A stretch of DNA of 64,000 nt. Source: the human T2T-CHM13v2.0 reference genome, Homo sapiens. The stretch lies in the NCBI RefSeq assembly GCF_009914755.1, contig NC_060930.1; one strand, 5' to 3'. The position numbers and the translations under genes were made by a program. This document shows, in pieces, positions 39,960-55,156 of the stretch (positions are counted from its first letter, which is position 1; each line of letters begins with the position of its first letter). The notes under the pieces are model-generated. The model worked only from the letters and a program-made list of their open reading frames with translations, had not been told where the DNA came from and ran no database searches.

Positions 39960-40350
39960 ATGCAGTGGCTAAGGGCTCAGGTTCTGAGATTGGGTTATTG
40001 GGTTAAAATCTTGTCTCTCTTTTACCTATGAGTTGTATGGCTTTGAGTAAGTCATTTAACCTCTGTGAACCATGTTTTCCCATTTATAAAATTGGCATAA
40101 AATGGTATCTACTAAACATGGTTGAGTAAGTGAATACCCATATAGTATTTAGAATAGGTTGGGCACAGAAGTTCACACTTATAATCCTAGCATTTTGAGA
40201 GGTCAAGGTGGGAGGATTTATTGAGACCAGGGGATTGAGACCAGCCTGGCAACATAATGATATCCCATCTCTACCAAAAAAAAAAAAGTAGTTTCTAGCA
40301 CATAGTAAGTATTTAATAATTGTTAGCTTAATTATTGTCACCATTATTAT
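39960..40350 (+). mobile_element. MIR containing a FLAM (Alu left monomer) at 40157-40287
   Basis: GAGTAAGTCATTTAACCTCTGTG...CATAGTAAGTATTTAATAA flanks a monomeric Alu with A tail. Confidence 0.8.
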
Positions 40351-41420
40351 TAATATTAGAACTCATGTCATGCTAGGGCCAAAAAGGCTTCTACTTATTT
40401 CATTTTACAAAAGCAGAACCTGATTGAGAAGTGCTGACATTCTCAAACTAGGCAGTAGATCTAGGTCTAAGTAAGTCCAGGTCTCTAGATTTCCATTCCT
40501 TCTCTGTCTTTTCTGTGTCATGATGTTTGGATCTCATCTACTTATAAGGAGCCAGCCCTGCCCATTGTAATGTGTAACACAGAAATAAAGCCCAGCAGAG
40601 ACTTCCATGGGCTTCTCACATGCTTTCACCATAGACAGTCATGCACAAGAAGCAGCCCAAGGAGACCCAGAGAGCTATGGCAAGGTCAACTGCCTCTTCA
40701 TGTGCCTTGTGCCATCTTGTTGTCATAACAAAGAAAATTGCACTTTCACAGGCTTCAGTGCATTTTCTGTTGTTCTATGAAATGCAGCCAGCAGCCAACC
40801 CCAATCAATTTACTGTCCTGTCCAGATGGTGGAAGAAAAGACATAATTGAAGTCATTGATGGTATTTTAACATCAGGACTCTGTAAGTACTGACACTTTT
40901 CAGCCTTTGATTGTTTACAAAGTCTTCCAGCCTAAATTGAATGTAGACTGACCTGTCCTGCTCTGAAGTAATGGAGCTAACACTAAGAAAAATTGATGAT
41001 TGCTTTCTCCACTCCTATGCCTCCAAAGATTGTGTGCCTAAATTTTTCTGACTGATGGCCTCTGGGTCTGTTGAGACTTAGGCAATTCTAGTTGGGATGT
41101 ATGTCACCTCTAACACTTTCCTAAGTTGATTATTGAAGAACTTAACCTGAAGCCTTGGAAATCATATTGGGTAAATTATGCTGATGAGATTTCCAATTTG
41201 ATTTTGGGTTCAGGTGGCTCAATTTAGTTCAAATCCCTGTGTACTTCCCATCAGAATCTTGATTTGTATTTTTTCAGCTGTAGCACCAGCCTTTCTACAC
41301 AATAGTCACGATTTTTGTTTTGTGGTTCTTTTCCCTTTCTAAGTGAAATTAGAAACAAAGGCAATGTGAATTATTTATAAGTGCAATATTTGCTATCATG
41401 CTATGCATTTAGGTTTACCG

Positions 41421-41750
41421 CAGTAGTTCTTAATCTTCACTGTGCATCAGAATCACCTGGTCAGCTTTTTAAAAACAGGGATCTCTGGGTGTTGTTTTTA
41501 AATATTTATTAGGTGTTTTAAATGTATAAGCAAGGTTGAGAATCAATGCTCTGGATCTATGCTTCCCTCCTATTAAAAGAGTGATGTGGCTTTCTTCCAG
41601 ATATAGCACCAGAGGGCTGCAGACATAGGGAGCTTTAAGGTACATGTGAATTTCATTACTACCCAACTGATCATTCTTACTTCTCAAAGTGTGATCTGCA
41701 AACCAGCACCACTGACCCATGGGCTTGTTAGAAATGCAGACTTTCAGGAC
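41421..41750. mobile_element. Two MER5A-type fragments (41421-41550, 41680-41750)
   Basis: CAGTAGTTCTTAATCTT...CATCAGAATCACCTGG; TTCTCAAAGTGTG...GCTTGTTAGAAATGCAGA. Confidence 0.7.
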
Positions 41751-41759
41751 AATATTAGC

Positions 41760-42990
<1,231 letters not shown>

Positions 42991-43715
42991 TTTGTCCATA
43001 GCTTGGTTGTGGAGAACTGTGTTCCTGTGTCAACTTGGAGCTGAGATCCCACCATACCTGGATTCTCAGGGTTATAGTATCTCCTATTAATCCTGTTTTC
43101 TTCTCTATACCCCTATCAACTCTAAATGTTTATGGTTTCTTCACCTTCTGTCTCCCAAAGCCAAGCAGAGATATTAATAGAAGCCTAAGCTGTGGAGGTT
43201 TGAGAAGGCCTTTGAAGCTATCGAGCTGCTGCTCCCAATTTCCACCAATTGCTTAAATCTCATCATTAAACATTAAGAGCTCTTCTGGTGTTTTATACCA
43301 GTCACTCCTTTTAAAAACATAAAATACTTAAAAAGAAAATTTGAGTTAGGCCTTTTTTAGTCTTTAATTTTTCTGTTTATAAACATTTAAATAAAAATTT
43401 TTTAAAAGCTATAAAAATGAAAGCAAAAATCTCTGGAAATGCTACCACCCAGAAATAATCACTATCAACATTTTGGTGAGCATTCTTCCAGACCTCTCTC
43501 TGTGCATACCACCATATGCCTTTCTAGATCCATAGAAAGATAATTTTACATAGGCAGCTTTGTATTATGTATGTTCCTTTGCCATCTGCTTTTTATATGC
43601 AATATTATGTTGTTGAAATACTTCCATGTTAGTGGATGCTTTTTAATGCTTTGTATGGATTTGAATATAACAGTTGTAAAGCCATTTAAATAGAATATAG
43701 TAAAAATTTTAAGAT

Positions 43716-44069
43716 GCTGCTCTAGTCTGAATGTTTGTGTCCCCTGACAATTTATATGTTGAATCCTAATCACTAATGTGATGAATTAGGAAGTGGGGAC
43801 ATAGGGATGTAATTCAGTCATGAAGAGGAGCTGTCATGTATTAGCTTACTGTCCTTATAAAAGAGGCCCCAGAGAGCTGCCCTGCCCCTTCTACTATGTG
43901 AGGATACAGCAGGAAGCTATTGTTCTATGATCCAAAAGTAGGCCTTATCAGGCACAAAATCTTCCAGATCTTAAACTTACAGCCTCCGGACTGGAAAAAT
44001 CAATTTCTATTGTGTGTAAGATACCAAGTTTGTGGTATTTTGTTACAGCAGCCTAAACGGACTAAGATA
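43716..44069 (+). mobile_element. MLT1A-type solo LTR
   Basis: TCTGAATGTTTGTGTCCCC...GGTATTTTGTTACAGCAGCCTAAACGGACTAAGA. Confidence 0.85.
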
Positions 44070-44889
44070 GATCCATGCACTTGTTCTTTTAAAAATGGGC
44101 TACTAAAAGAATATGGTGTCCAAGGTGATGCAATTTCAACTCCCTTCCTGAATGACAGCAGTCCTCAAGAAGACATGCACATGATTTTGTGGTGAGGCTT
44201 CATAGGATGCTGGGAATAGCTGGAGTTGTGAGGCTTAAATGAAAATAATGTAAGTAAAAATGCTTTCAAACCCGTGCTCCATTTTATGTAGATATTGTTT
44301 TAACAAGTTTGATTATTTAATAATTTTCTTTTACAAAAGAGTATATATCAGAAAATAAAAGCCAGTCATAATCAAGACCATCCATGCCAAAAAGACCACC
44401 CAGTGTAACAAAATAAAACGACCCATTTTTCTTTTCTGATTTGAGTTTTGATGGTATATTATGAGCATTTCCTGTCACCATCATTCTAAAATTATAACTT
44501 TAAATAATCTTATTATATAAAGAAAGAAATTTCCATTCTAGAAAAATTGAAATAATTGCCAAGTGAACTAATTATTATTTTTTAGCATTTATATATATAT
44601 ATATAAAATTATCCTTCCATACTCGTTGTATTTAATGTGAGCTTATTTATTTAAAATTATATTCAATATTTAGGAACATATTTTTCAAAACATCTCAGAA
44701 TTTTAAAAATTATGTCAATATTGTAGTTTAGAACTTAAATACAAAAACTGCTTGTAAAAACTGGGAAAAAACTAAATTTGGGCCAAAATTTCTTAATGGC
44801 TACTTAGTATCTCCTCATGTGGATGTAGCATAATTTAATCAGCCCCTAATTCCTAGATACATAGCAGTGAAATCTGGTTAAAAGGCAAA

Positions 44890-45278
44890 AGATGAAAGCT
44901 AAGAAGAGGCAAAAACAATTTGAAGATTGAAATGGACTCAACTGTGGCTTGGAAATTGAGGAGGTAGACCATTAATCAAGAAATTAGGGAGCCTCTAGCA
45001 GTTCAGAATGGCCCTCAGCTGACTTCCTGCAAGGAAACGGGGGCCTCAGCCTACAATCTACAGCAGCAAGAGACTGAATTCTGCCAACAGCCCGAAGGAG
45101 CAGGAAACAGATTCTCTCTGGGAGTCCCAAAAAGAGAATTCAGCCCTCCTAACACGTTGATTTTAGCCCAGTGAGATCTGTGGCAGATTTCTGACCAACA
45201 GAACTATAAGATAATAAATATGTGATGTTTTAAGCTACTAGATTTGAGGCAATCTGTTAGAAATAGAAAACTAATACA
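44890..45278 (+). mobile_element. MLT1D/E-type LTR
   Basis: GAATTCTGCCAACAGCC...GATTTTAGCCCAGTGAGA...AATAGAAAACTAATACA. Confidence 0.8.
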
Positions 45279-45379
45279 TTCTGGTTTCTGAATCATAGTC
45301 AATATACTTGATAGGTTTTCTGATTTTATGCTTCTTGTCTTTTATTTTTATTTGATACTCCTCTCTCCCCTTAACAGTT

Positions 45380-45600
45380 TCTTAGGAAGCAGCATCAGCA
45401 TTTCCTTACAAGAGCGGGTTATACATTCAGATTTTCTGGGCTTCAATCGTATGTGATCTTGGACAAGTTATTTACATACCGTGTGCCTCAGTTTTCTCAT
45501 GAGTCAAATGCAGATAGTACAGATTTTGTGAGTACTAAGTGAGTTAGTTCATATAAAGTACTTAGAACAGCAACTAGCACATAGTAAGCCATTATTTTCT
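45380..45600 (+). mobile_element. MIR
   Basis: TGTGATCTTGGACAAGTTATTTAC...TGCCTCAGTTTTCTCAT...GCACATAGTAAG. Confidence 0.8.
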
Positions 45601-47132
45601 TATTTATTATTTGCTCTTCTTTTCAATAGTAATTTGGAATATATACATTATTCTGTTTTAATTTTATTAGGACCAACTTCTAAGTTTTGCAAAAACATAT
45701 GTAAACCAGATTTTATCTAATTTCAGAAATGAAAAAAGTATTTACTAACTCATTGCTTTTTCAAGATGAAAAATTTTGTGTTTTTATTTCTTTGTCTATC
45801 CCTGAGACACATAATGAGCTGATTTAGTCAGATTTATATTATTTTTTAACATGCTTATTTTTTGGTGTCCATCAGGTAATATATAGTTCTTGAACATCTA
45901 AAGATCCTATTTCATTCTGTCTAATAACTCTTGATAATATTGGATATTTTTCTCCTGTGGTTTGTAGTTCTAAACTGTGAGTTCATCCTCAGTGAGCTTT
46001 TATCTATGAAAATCTTATGCCTTGTGGGCCAGGAATACTTCTTTCCAGAGAGGCTTTGTATTTGATTATGCTAAATGTCCCCAAAACCAACTTTTAAGTT
46101 AATTTCTATTTGGGGAATTTCTACCATGTAGGTAGTGTGATTTCAAATCACAACTTATATGATACAGGCATGTGATTACGATAAATTCTAAGCATCCTAC
46201 CCAGAGCTGTGGCCATGATAAAAATTCCTTTATCACTGTTCTTCATACTGGTGAAAAGAATTTTCATTTTTATTTTCACTGAAGGTCCTGGCCTTTAAAA
46301 GAGGGTCTCAGAGGGACAGTCACCTCCACACTTACTTAATGTTAAAATATTGAATGCTTTCACCTTGAAACTGATGAGACTGATAACAAGACAGGGATGT
46401 TCACTATCACTACTTCTACTCAACAGGAGGTACAAGCCAAGGAAATAATGAAAGAGAAAGAAACAATAGGCTTACAGATTAAAAAGGAAAAAGAAAATAT
46501 TTTTATTCTGAGATAATGTGATTGTTTCACGGGGAATCCAATAGAATTTATAAACTGCTATAAATCATAAGTGAATTTAGAAATATAAGGTTGTGATATT
46601 ATGATATATATACATATATAAATTGATTTTTGTCCACAGTTTCTGGCTTATAACTATGATAACACTTGTTACATCCTAAGTGACTAAAACAACAAGCATA
46701 TCTTTTGTTAAAGCATTTGGCCTTTTGTCTTTGTTTCCTGAAGTGGCTTCAGAAAAGCTTCAGAGTAATAAAGGTGAAAGACAGTCTTTTGTTATAATTG
46801 TTATAATATTGGAATGCTTTAGGCCTCAGGAGCAGGCCTCAAAAATCAGAATCTCTCTCTCTGACCTTCTTCTTCCCTTTTGCACCTGCTACTTTTTTCC
46901 CTAAGGCAGGCCATAGAAGCTAAAAATATACTCTAATCTTCTTCCACATTTCTGTCTTAGAACTGGTTGTAAAGAAATTCTTTTGTCTGATTGTAGGTCA
47001 TAAGAACTCCATTTCAGAAGCAGTCCTGTCCCACCTCCAGGAGGAAGGAAAGCCACACAGATAGGCCAAGAAAAATCTGGACAGGTCTTGCTCCCAGATT
47101 TCCACACTTACTCTGTCAGTATTAGATCATAA

Positions 47133-48128
<996 letters not shown>

Positions 48129-49180
48129 ATAACCTTTTTGTCCAATAATATTTCTATACTATTGTCCCTGCTTCAATTATGCCCATGCAATGAAGTCTTC
48201 ATCATAGGCTCATGAAGATGGGTAGCTGAACACATTGATGCTCCTAAAGGGTGGTGTACCTGATGAAGGCATGGAAACTCTGCACCCTTCTTCTACACCT
48301 CATCTTGTGCATCTCTTCATTCGTATCTTTTAATATCTTTTATAATAATCTGATAAATGTGTTTCCCTCAGTTCTGTGAGCTACTCTAGCAAATTAATCC
48401 CAAGGAGGGGATTAAACCCAAGGAGGGAAAGTGTGAGAACCCCAATTTACAGCCAGTTAGTCAGAAGCATGGGTAAACAATCTGAAGGCTGTGATTGGCA
48501 TTGACAGTGGTAGCAGTATTGTGGGATGGAGCCCTTAACCTGTGGGATCTAACACTATTTCTAGGTAGATAATGTCAGAATTGAACTCGATTGGAGAACA
48601 CCAAATGATGTCCACAGCAGAATTGATTGCTTGCTTGGTGGGGAGAAACCACCACACATTTGGTAACAGAAGTCTTCTGTGTTGATTGTTGTGGTATGAG
48701 AGCAGGGAAAAAAAACAGTTTGTTTTTTCCACACAAAGGTCAAAATTTAAAAAATCAATTGTATTTCTATATAATAGCAACAACAATTAGAAAATAAAAT
48801 TTTAAAAGTAACACTTATGCTAGCATAAAAAACATCAAATACCTAGGAATAAATCTATAAAAATGCTTGTAAAACCCTTACATTATTAAAATAACAAAGT
48901 AGAAATCAAAGACCTAACTGAAGAGTTATAAATGGAGAGATATTATATATTCATGGATTGGAAGATGCAATATGGCTAAGTTGTCTATCCTCCCCACATT
49001 GATCTGCGGGCTCAATGTAAGCCTAATTAAACTCATTAGGTTTTTTTAGGTGAAAATTGGCAGGCATAGTTCTAAAATATATAGGAGAATACAAAGAACA
49101 TAGATGGACAAGGCAGTTGTAAAGCAAAACAAAGCTGGAGATTTTCCTCTGCCAGATTCTGACTTACTGTAAAGTTGTAA

Positions 49181-49974
49181 TGAAATGGGATACTTCCCTT
49201 GACCCCTTCATGGGATTCACAAAGGGGTTGACTTGTTTATTGAGCTTGCAGCTCTCGATCCCTTGTGAGATGGGGAACATGTAACTGAGTGGGTGCAGAG
49301 GCCAGGACGAGCGTTTCTGGGCAACCAGCAGGAGCAAAACTCTGTGCAGGCCCACGGCAGTGTCTAGGGGTTGCCTGTGACCCCTGGTGCCCCAGAGGGC
49401 ATGTGTTACAGTGTGCTCTTTTAGCTTTGCCATCTGAGGATGGCCTAAGTGTTAAACAGCTCAGTGGAGGGTCAGTGTGACAGCCTCTTGCACATCCAGG
49501 TCCTTGTCCAGCATCCAGGAAGAATCAGGTCACACGAACAAATTGAAGGGTGGTAAATGTAGAGGATTTTATTGAGCAGCGGAAGTAGTTCTCAGTGGGA
49601 TGAGGAGCTGGAAAGGGGATGGTGTGGGAAGGTGGTCTTCCCCTGGAGTTCGGCCATCCCTGGCTGAGCTCTTCTCCGAGGTCCCACCATCAAGCCATCC
49701 CTCTGAAGTCAAGCAGCTTCTCCCCAATGTCTAGCTGCTTCTTCTCTTCTCTCCTTCTCTACCGCTCTGCAAGTCCATTGGTGGGGCCTGGAGTTTTAAT
49801 GGGTACAGGATGGAGAGTGGGGCAGGACAGAGTGGTTTTGGAAAAGGCAACATTTGGGCAAGAGGACAGGAATGCACGTTCTCACTTTGGGCTGCAGGTC
49901 CAGGCTTGAGGGCGTGGCCCTAACTGGAGATCACCCTTTTCTACCCAGTATTTCTCTTCCTCCTGCCCATATTA
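49181..49974 (-). mobile_element. ERV1 solo LTR of the LTR1/LTR28/MER52 group
   Basis: Reverse start AATATGGGCAGGAGGAAGAGAAATACTGGGTAGAA...CCCTCAAGCCTGG; 4-bp TSD GTAA at 49177-49180 and 49975-49978. Confidence 0.8.
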
Positions 49975-50395
49975 GTAATACCACAGTAATTAGGACACGT
50001 TGGTCTTGAAATAAAGATAAACAAATAGAACAATAGAAAACAGAGAGGCTAGAAATAGACACACACACACACAAATATGGTCATTTGGTTTATGCAACAA
50101 TACCACTTTAACTCAGTGAGGAGAAAAGATGGTCTTTTCAATGAATAGTACTAGTGCAATTGGAACTCATATGGGAAAAAAAATAGAACCTTTGACTCTT
50201 ATATCAAACCATCCACAAAAGTAGAACATAGACCTAGTGAAAACTAAAAATAAATTAAGCTCTAGTAAAAGATAGAAAAATATTTTCATGACCATGGAGT
50301 AAAACATGATTCTTAAACAAGACACAAGACATATAAAGCATAAAAGTGAAAACAAAAACATTCTATTACACTTTATTAAAATAAAAAATTTCTTT

Positions 50396-51047
50396 TTTAT
50401 TGCAAAATGTATAGCATTTACTCACATACAGACAAAAAGGCACAATTCTACTAAATAGTTCAACAAAAAAATACAGCTGTCCTCAACTAGTTTTATAAAT
50501 ACTTTCAAAAAGGGGGTAGAAATAAATACAGGATTGGGTCATGTAATATAAAATAGTCATGTCTACATATACTTTAATTTGATTTTAACTCTTCATGCAC
50601 GTTTTTTTTTCAATTTTAGCTGAATGTACACTAAGCTAGGCACACAGTGAAAAATCCTCTGTACAAGGTTACAAATGTAATGACAAGTTTGTCCGTTTCA
50701 AAATAATTAAGATTTGTACACAACACATAAAACCCTTCATTTAGATCTTGTGTTTATAACCTAACAAATGACATTCCAGGCAACTTTACAAAAGTTTAAC
50801 TAGCCTACATTTTGACATAATGCATTAATCATAATCAAAGATATTTCTTGGTCAGTATGCACAAGGAAACTTTTTATTCCTGCTTCGAAATGAAAATGGT
50901 ATAGAGCACGGTTTCTCTGACAATATAATGATAGCTTTGTGAGTTAGTTTCATGTCATGCTGGGAACTCTGTATGAGGTGGCCATAAGCAGCAACCAGCC
51001 CAAACACCCACTTGCATTCTATTAATATGGAACCATTTGCATTTTTT
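50396..51047 (-). pseudogene. Probable 5'-truncated retrocopy of an mRNA 3'UTR (parent not identified)
   Basis: Non-L1 AU-rich sequence interrupting L1M, T-rich left end, flanked by TAAAAAATTTCTTT (50382-50395) / TAAAAAGCTTCTTT (51048-51061). Confidence 0.65.
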
Positions 51048-52302
51048 TAAAAAGCTTCTTTAATTGAAGACCATTTCTGTGACCTCAGAAAAATTATTAA
51101 ATATGTGAGTAAGAAATCCACAGATAAGAAGTGATTTATAGTACAAAGATCTTGTATACAGACTATTGAAGAAACTTTTAAAACTAATAAGAAAAAAAGG
51201 GCCAATTTTAAAAATTGGCAAATACTTGAACAGGCACTTCAGAAAAGACACAGCCAATAAGCATGTAAAATGGCTCAAAATGATTAGTCATCAGAGAAAT
51301 GCAAAGTAGAACCACACTGATATACCACGTCACACCTACTGAGACAGCCACAGTTTTTAAAAACTGGTAATATGTAGTGTTGGCGAGGGTATGGAGAAAC
51401 TGGAATTTTCTTACATTGCTGAAGAGAAAGTAATTTTGTTCAACCACTTGGGAAAACAATTCGGCAGCATTTTATAGAGTCAAATGACCTGATAACCCAA
51501 CAAATCCACTCTTAATTATATAACCAAGAGAAATTTGTGGCTTTTCCACTGAAAGATATGTACAAACATATTCGTAGTAGCTTTTATTTATAATAGTCAA
51601 ATAATGGAAATGGCCCAAATGTCCACCAAGAGGAGAATGGATCAAAACATATTCATACAATGGGATGCTTCAAAGCAAAAGAAAGAAAAACAGGGAAAAA
51701 TAGAACTATTAATACATACAACAGCATATGTGAATAAGAACATTATAATCAGAAAAAGAAATCAGACGCAAAAGAGTATATACTATATAATTCCATTTAT
51801 ACAAAGTTCAAAGCAGAACAGAAAACTCATCTATGGTGACAGAAATCAAAATAGTAGTTATCTGTGTGGAAGGCTAATGACTAGGAAGGAACATGAGGGT
51901 AACTCTGGAATGATGAAAATATTTTATATATTGATCTGGGTGGTGGTTACATAGTTTAAACATATCTAAAAATGCATCTAACTGTGCACTTAATATTTAT
52001 GGATTTTATTGTACATAAATCAAACCTTATTTAAAAGATTTACAAAAATTCAAAAACAAGTATTATTTTAGGTAGAATTGACATCTTCATGATATCAAGC
52101 TGCTAGTGTATTAACTAAAACAGCTATAACCAAAACTCTAATTAAGCACACATTTTTCAAGAAAGTTGTCTCCACCAACTCCAGTAATTTCTTTTCCACA
52201 CATTCATTCTTCACTCCCTTCTGGCTTTCATAAACACAAACACCTGTTCCCACATTGCATCTTTCTGAGGTCATTAGTCCTAAATGACTAAACACAGTGA
52301 AT

Positions 52303-53085
52303 ATTTTTATTTTTATTTTTCAAACAGAATACAGATTTACTTAGCAATAAAAGTTGTATTAAAAGTAGTTATGATCATGGTAATAAGGATAACAACAGTT
52401 ATATAACAAAGTTTATAAATTTCATAGATTTATAATTTCACACTTAGAGCTAGCTAGTCAGAAATGTAACTTCATTTTTCCATAACTGAATTCAACTTAG
52501 CTCTGAATTTATCTTATTCATTTAAGAGTAGACAGCTCTTAATCTTGCATTTCAGCATGACTTAGTCACTTCAGGTAAGAAACAGTTAGAGGGCATCAGT
52601 TCAGAGGTTAAACTGCCTTGGGGCTGTTTTCCTCAGAAGGGTCTTGCTTTGCCTCCTACTCCACTTTATGGCAGTGTTAGGTTTCAGGAGGCAGCTGATG
52701 AAACATTCTGGTGTGATCCCCCATTTTTCATTGGCTGTGATGACAGGGGCTGGTCCTACTGGGTCTTCACGTGGCATATTCTGTCTTTGCATCAGCTTCA
52801 CCTGGAGCCTTCACAGTCGGTACAACTTGTGTTCTTTCTCTTGGCACAGTCAGGGCTCCCAACCCTGATGTGGAACTTCCTTCATCCTTCACTGGCACTG
52901 TTCAGAAACAACTGTCATCCTTGCTTCTTTATCTAACTCAAGTATCTTCATGAGGAAGAGAGGCCTCTTGGATTGAAGAAATGTTCAGAAAAGGCCTAAG
53001 GGCAATTACCAATTCTCTGAATATAAGATTTAATCCACAATTCTGTCAATCTGAAAACTTTTAAATTCAGTTTATCATGGACTTT
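52303..53085 (-). pseudogene. Possible degraded retrocopy (parent not identified)
   Basis: T-rich tail 52303-52320, AGTAAA signal on minus strand, AU-rich UTR-like part then GC-richer coding-like part with stops; no TSD found. Confidence 0.35.
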
Positions 53086-53760
53086 TCTTTTACATTTTTC
53101 TTTTTTAAAATTGATACATAGTAATTGTACATATTTGGGGAGGCATATGTCATATTTTGATACATGCATGTAATGTATAATAATTAAATTCTAAACATTT
53201 ATTTTTTCTTTATGTTGTGAACATTCGAATTCTTCTCTTCTAGCTATTTTGAAATATATGATAAATTGTTGTCAATTATAGTTTCCCTATGTACTATCAA
53301 ACACCAGACCTTATCCTTCTATCTAACTATATTATTGTACTCATTAATCAAACTCTCTTCATACCCCCTCCTGCTTACCCTTCTCTGCCTCTGGTAACCA
53401 CCCCAGCTGAAGCTGATGGACAGAATATGTCACCTAAAGACCCAGTAGGACCAGCAACCAGTCATCAGAGCCAATAAGAACTTTCTACCTCCATGAGATT
53501 TACTTTTTGTTTAGCTCTCACATATGAGTAAGAACATGGGATATTTGTCTTTCCATGCCTGGCTTATTTCACTTAATATAATAACTTCCAGTTCCATCCA
53601 CATTGCTGCAAACAACAGGATTTCTGTACTTTCTATGACTGAATAATATTCCATTGTGTTTATATATACATTGTATACATATATAATTGTGTATGTATAC
53701 ACATTGTATATTCCATTATATATACATTGTATACATATATACATTGTATACATATATTCT
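53085..53760 (-). mobile_element. L1MA 3' end
   Basis: ATTGATACATAGTAATTGTACATATTT...CTCTTCTAGCTATTTTGAAATAT...CATATGAGTAAGAACATG; ends in TA/CA-rich repeat. Confidence 0.88.
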
Positions 53761-55156
53761 GAGTTCTGGTAACTGCTCCCTTGCCTTGCCCCTTCATTCC
53801 CAAGGGCACTCACAGCCCTGCATTTGTGAGCAAAATAATGAGGCACATAGTTTGTCCACTCATATGTCAATAGTCCTTTCCGTGAACTCTCCTCAATTAT
53901 CTTATTCAAGTGTGCTATCTGTTTCATCTCAGGGCTCTACCAACACAGATAACTTAGCACTTGTGCAAGCTTGGGTCAGATGTCCATTCACATACGAGTC
54001 AGTATCCTCAGTGTGATGGCTGCTTGAAGCAGAGTCATTGCTGTGGGTGGGAAGGTTTCTCAGAGGAAAGCAGCCATGGATGGTCACTGAGTTTTTAGGC
54101 CTCTCCTGCTTAAAGCTATGAAGTCTCAAACTAGCTTCTGCTAATAGTTAAAGAAGCTGCGTATTACACCATGAGAGGCAGTTTATTGCAGAGGAAAAGA
54201 GAATTTGTGTTAGAACCTACAATACTTGATTTCTAGTCCTAGCTTTGCTACCAATCAGCTATTTGAGTTTAGACACATCCCTTTTCCTTTTTGGGTCTCA
54301 ATTCCTTCTGTAAATTAGTATTTTTGCATCAGGTGTTTTCTAAGATCTCTTCTATTTCTGTGATTCTCCCTCCATGTATATTATTATTATCATTATATTA
54401 GATATTACACACATAGTTATATTACACATTCATTATGTAATATTATACATGTTTCCATTTGATTTTTGTTAGAATAATTGAAACATTGTATGCAAAAATT
54501 AGACAATGAATTTCAGGGTTTCTTAAACATTTTTACTTATTATAAACTAACGGTTTTGTTATTTTTATTGTGTATATCAAAATGATTGAAAGAAAAAAGC
54601 AAGAGCTCAAAAACTCACAATAATCTAGACACTATTAGAAAAAAACAAACTACTCTAGGGAAATTCTAGAAATGCCATTAAAAGGTATTACTGCTTCTTT
54701 TGTAACCAAAACAAAATTTAAGTTACTGTTTTATATATAGCAGAATATAGAACATTTCTGGCTTCATAAATTGAATAAAAATTATACCCGATATTTACAT
54801 CATATTGGTTTCTAAAGAATTAATATTGCTCCATATTTTTAAATAAATATTTTTTGCTTTTCTATTAGAAATAAAATTTAATCAATGTATTGTCTCATTT
54901 GGTGGGTAATTAGAACTTTTTAATATCAGAGAGTAGATGTGACAGCTGAAAAGTTAAAGGTTGTTAATTCTCATCTATTATCCTTTGATATTTCATGTGC
55001 CTGGAAATGTTTTGGTGCTCGGTTTTTCTCATCCTAAGAATATTTACAGAAAAACAGTATTTACTTGGAATATTTATAAGCTTATGTTTGTCCATATATC
55101 TATGGCAGAGTTTCTACTTCCATGTAGAAAGTCACTGGAGATGAGAGCTCTCACCC

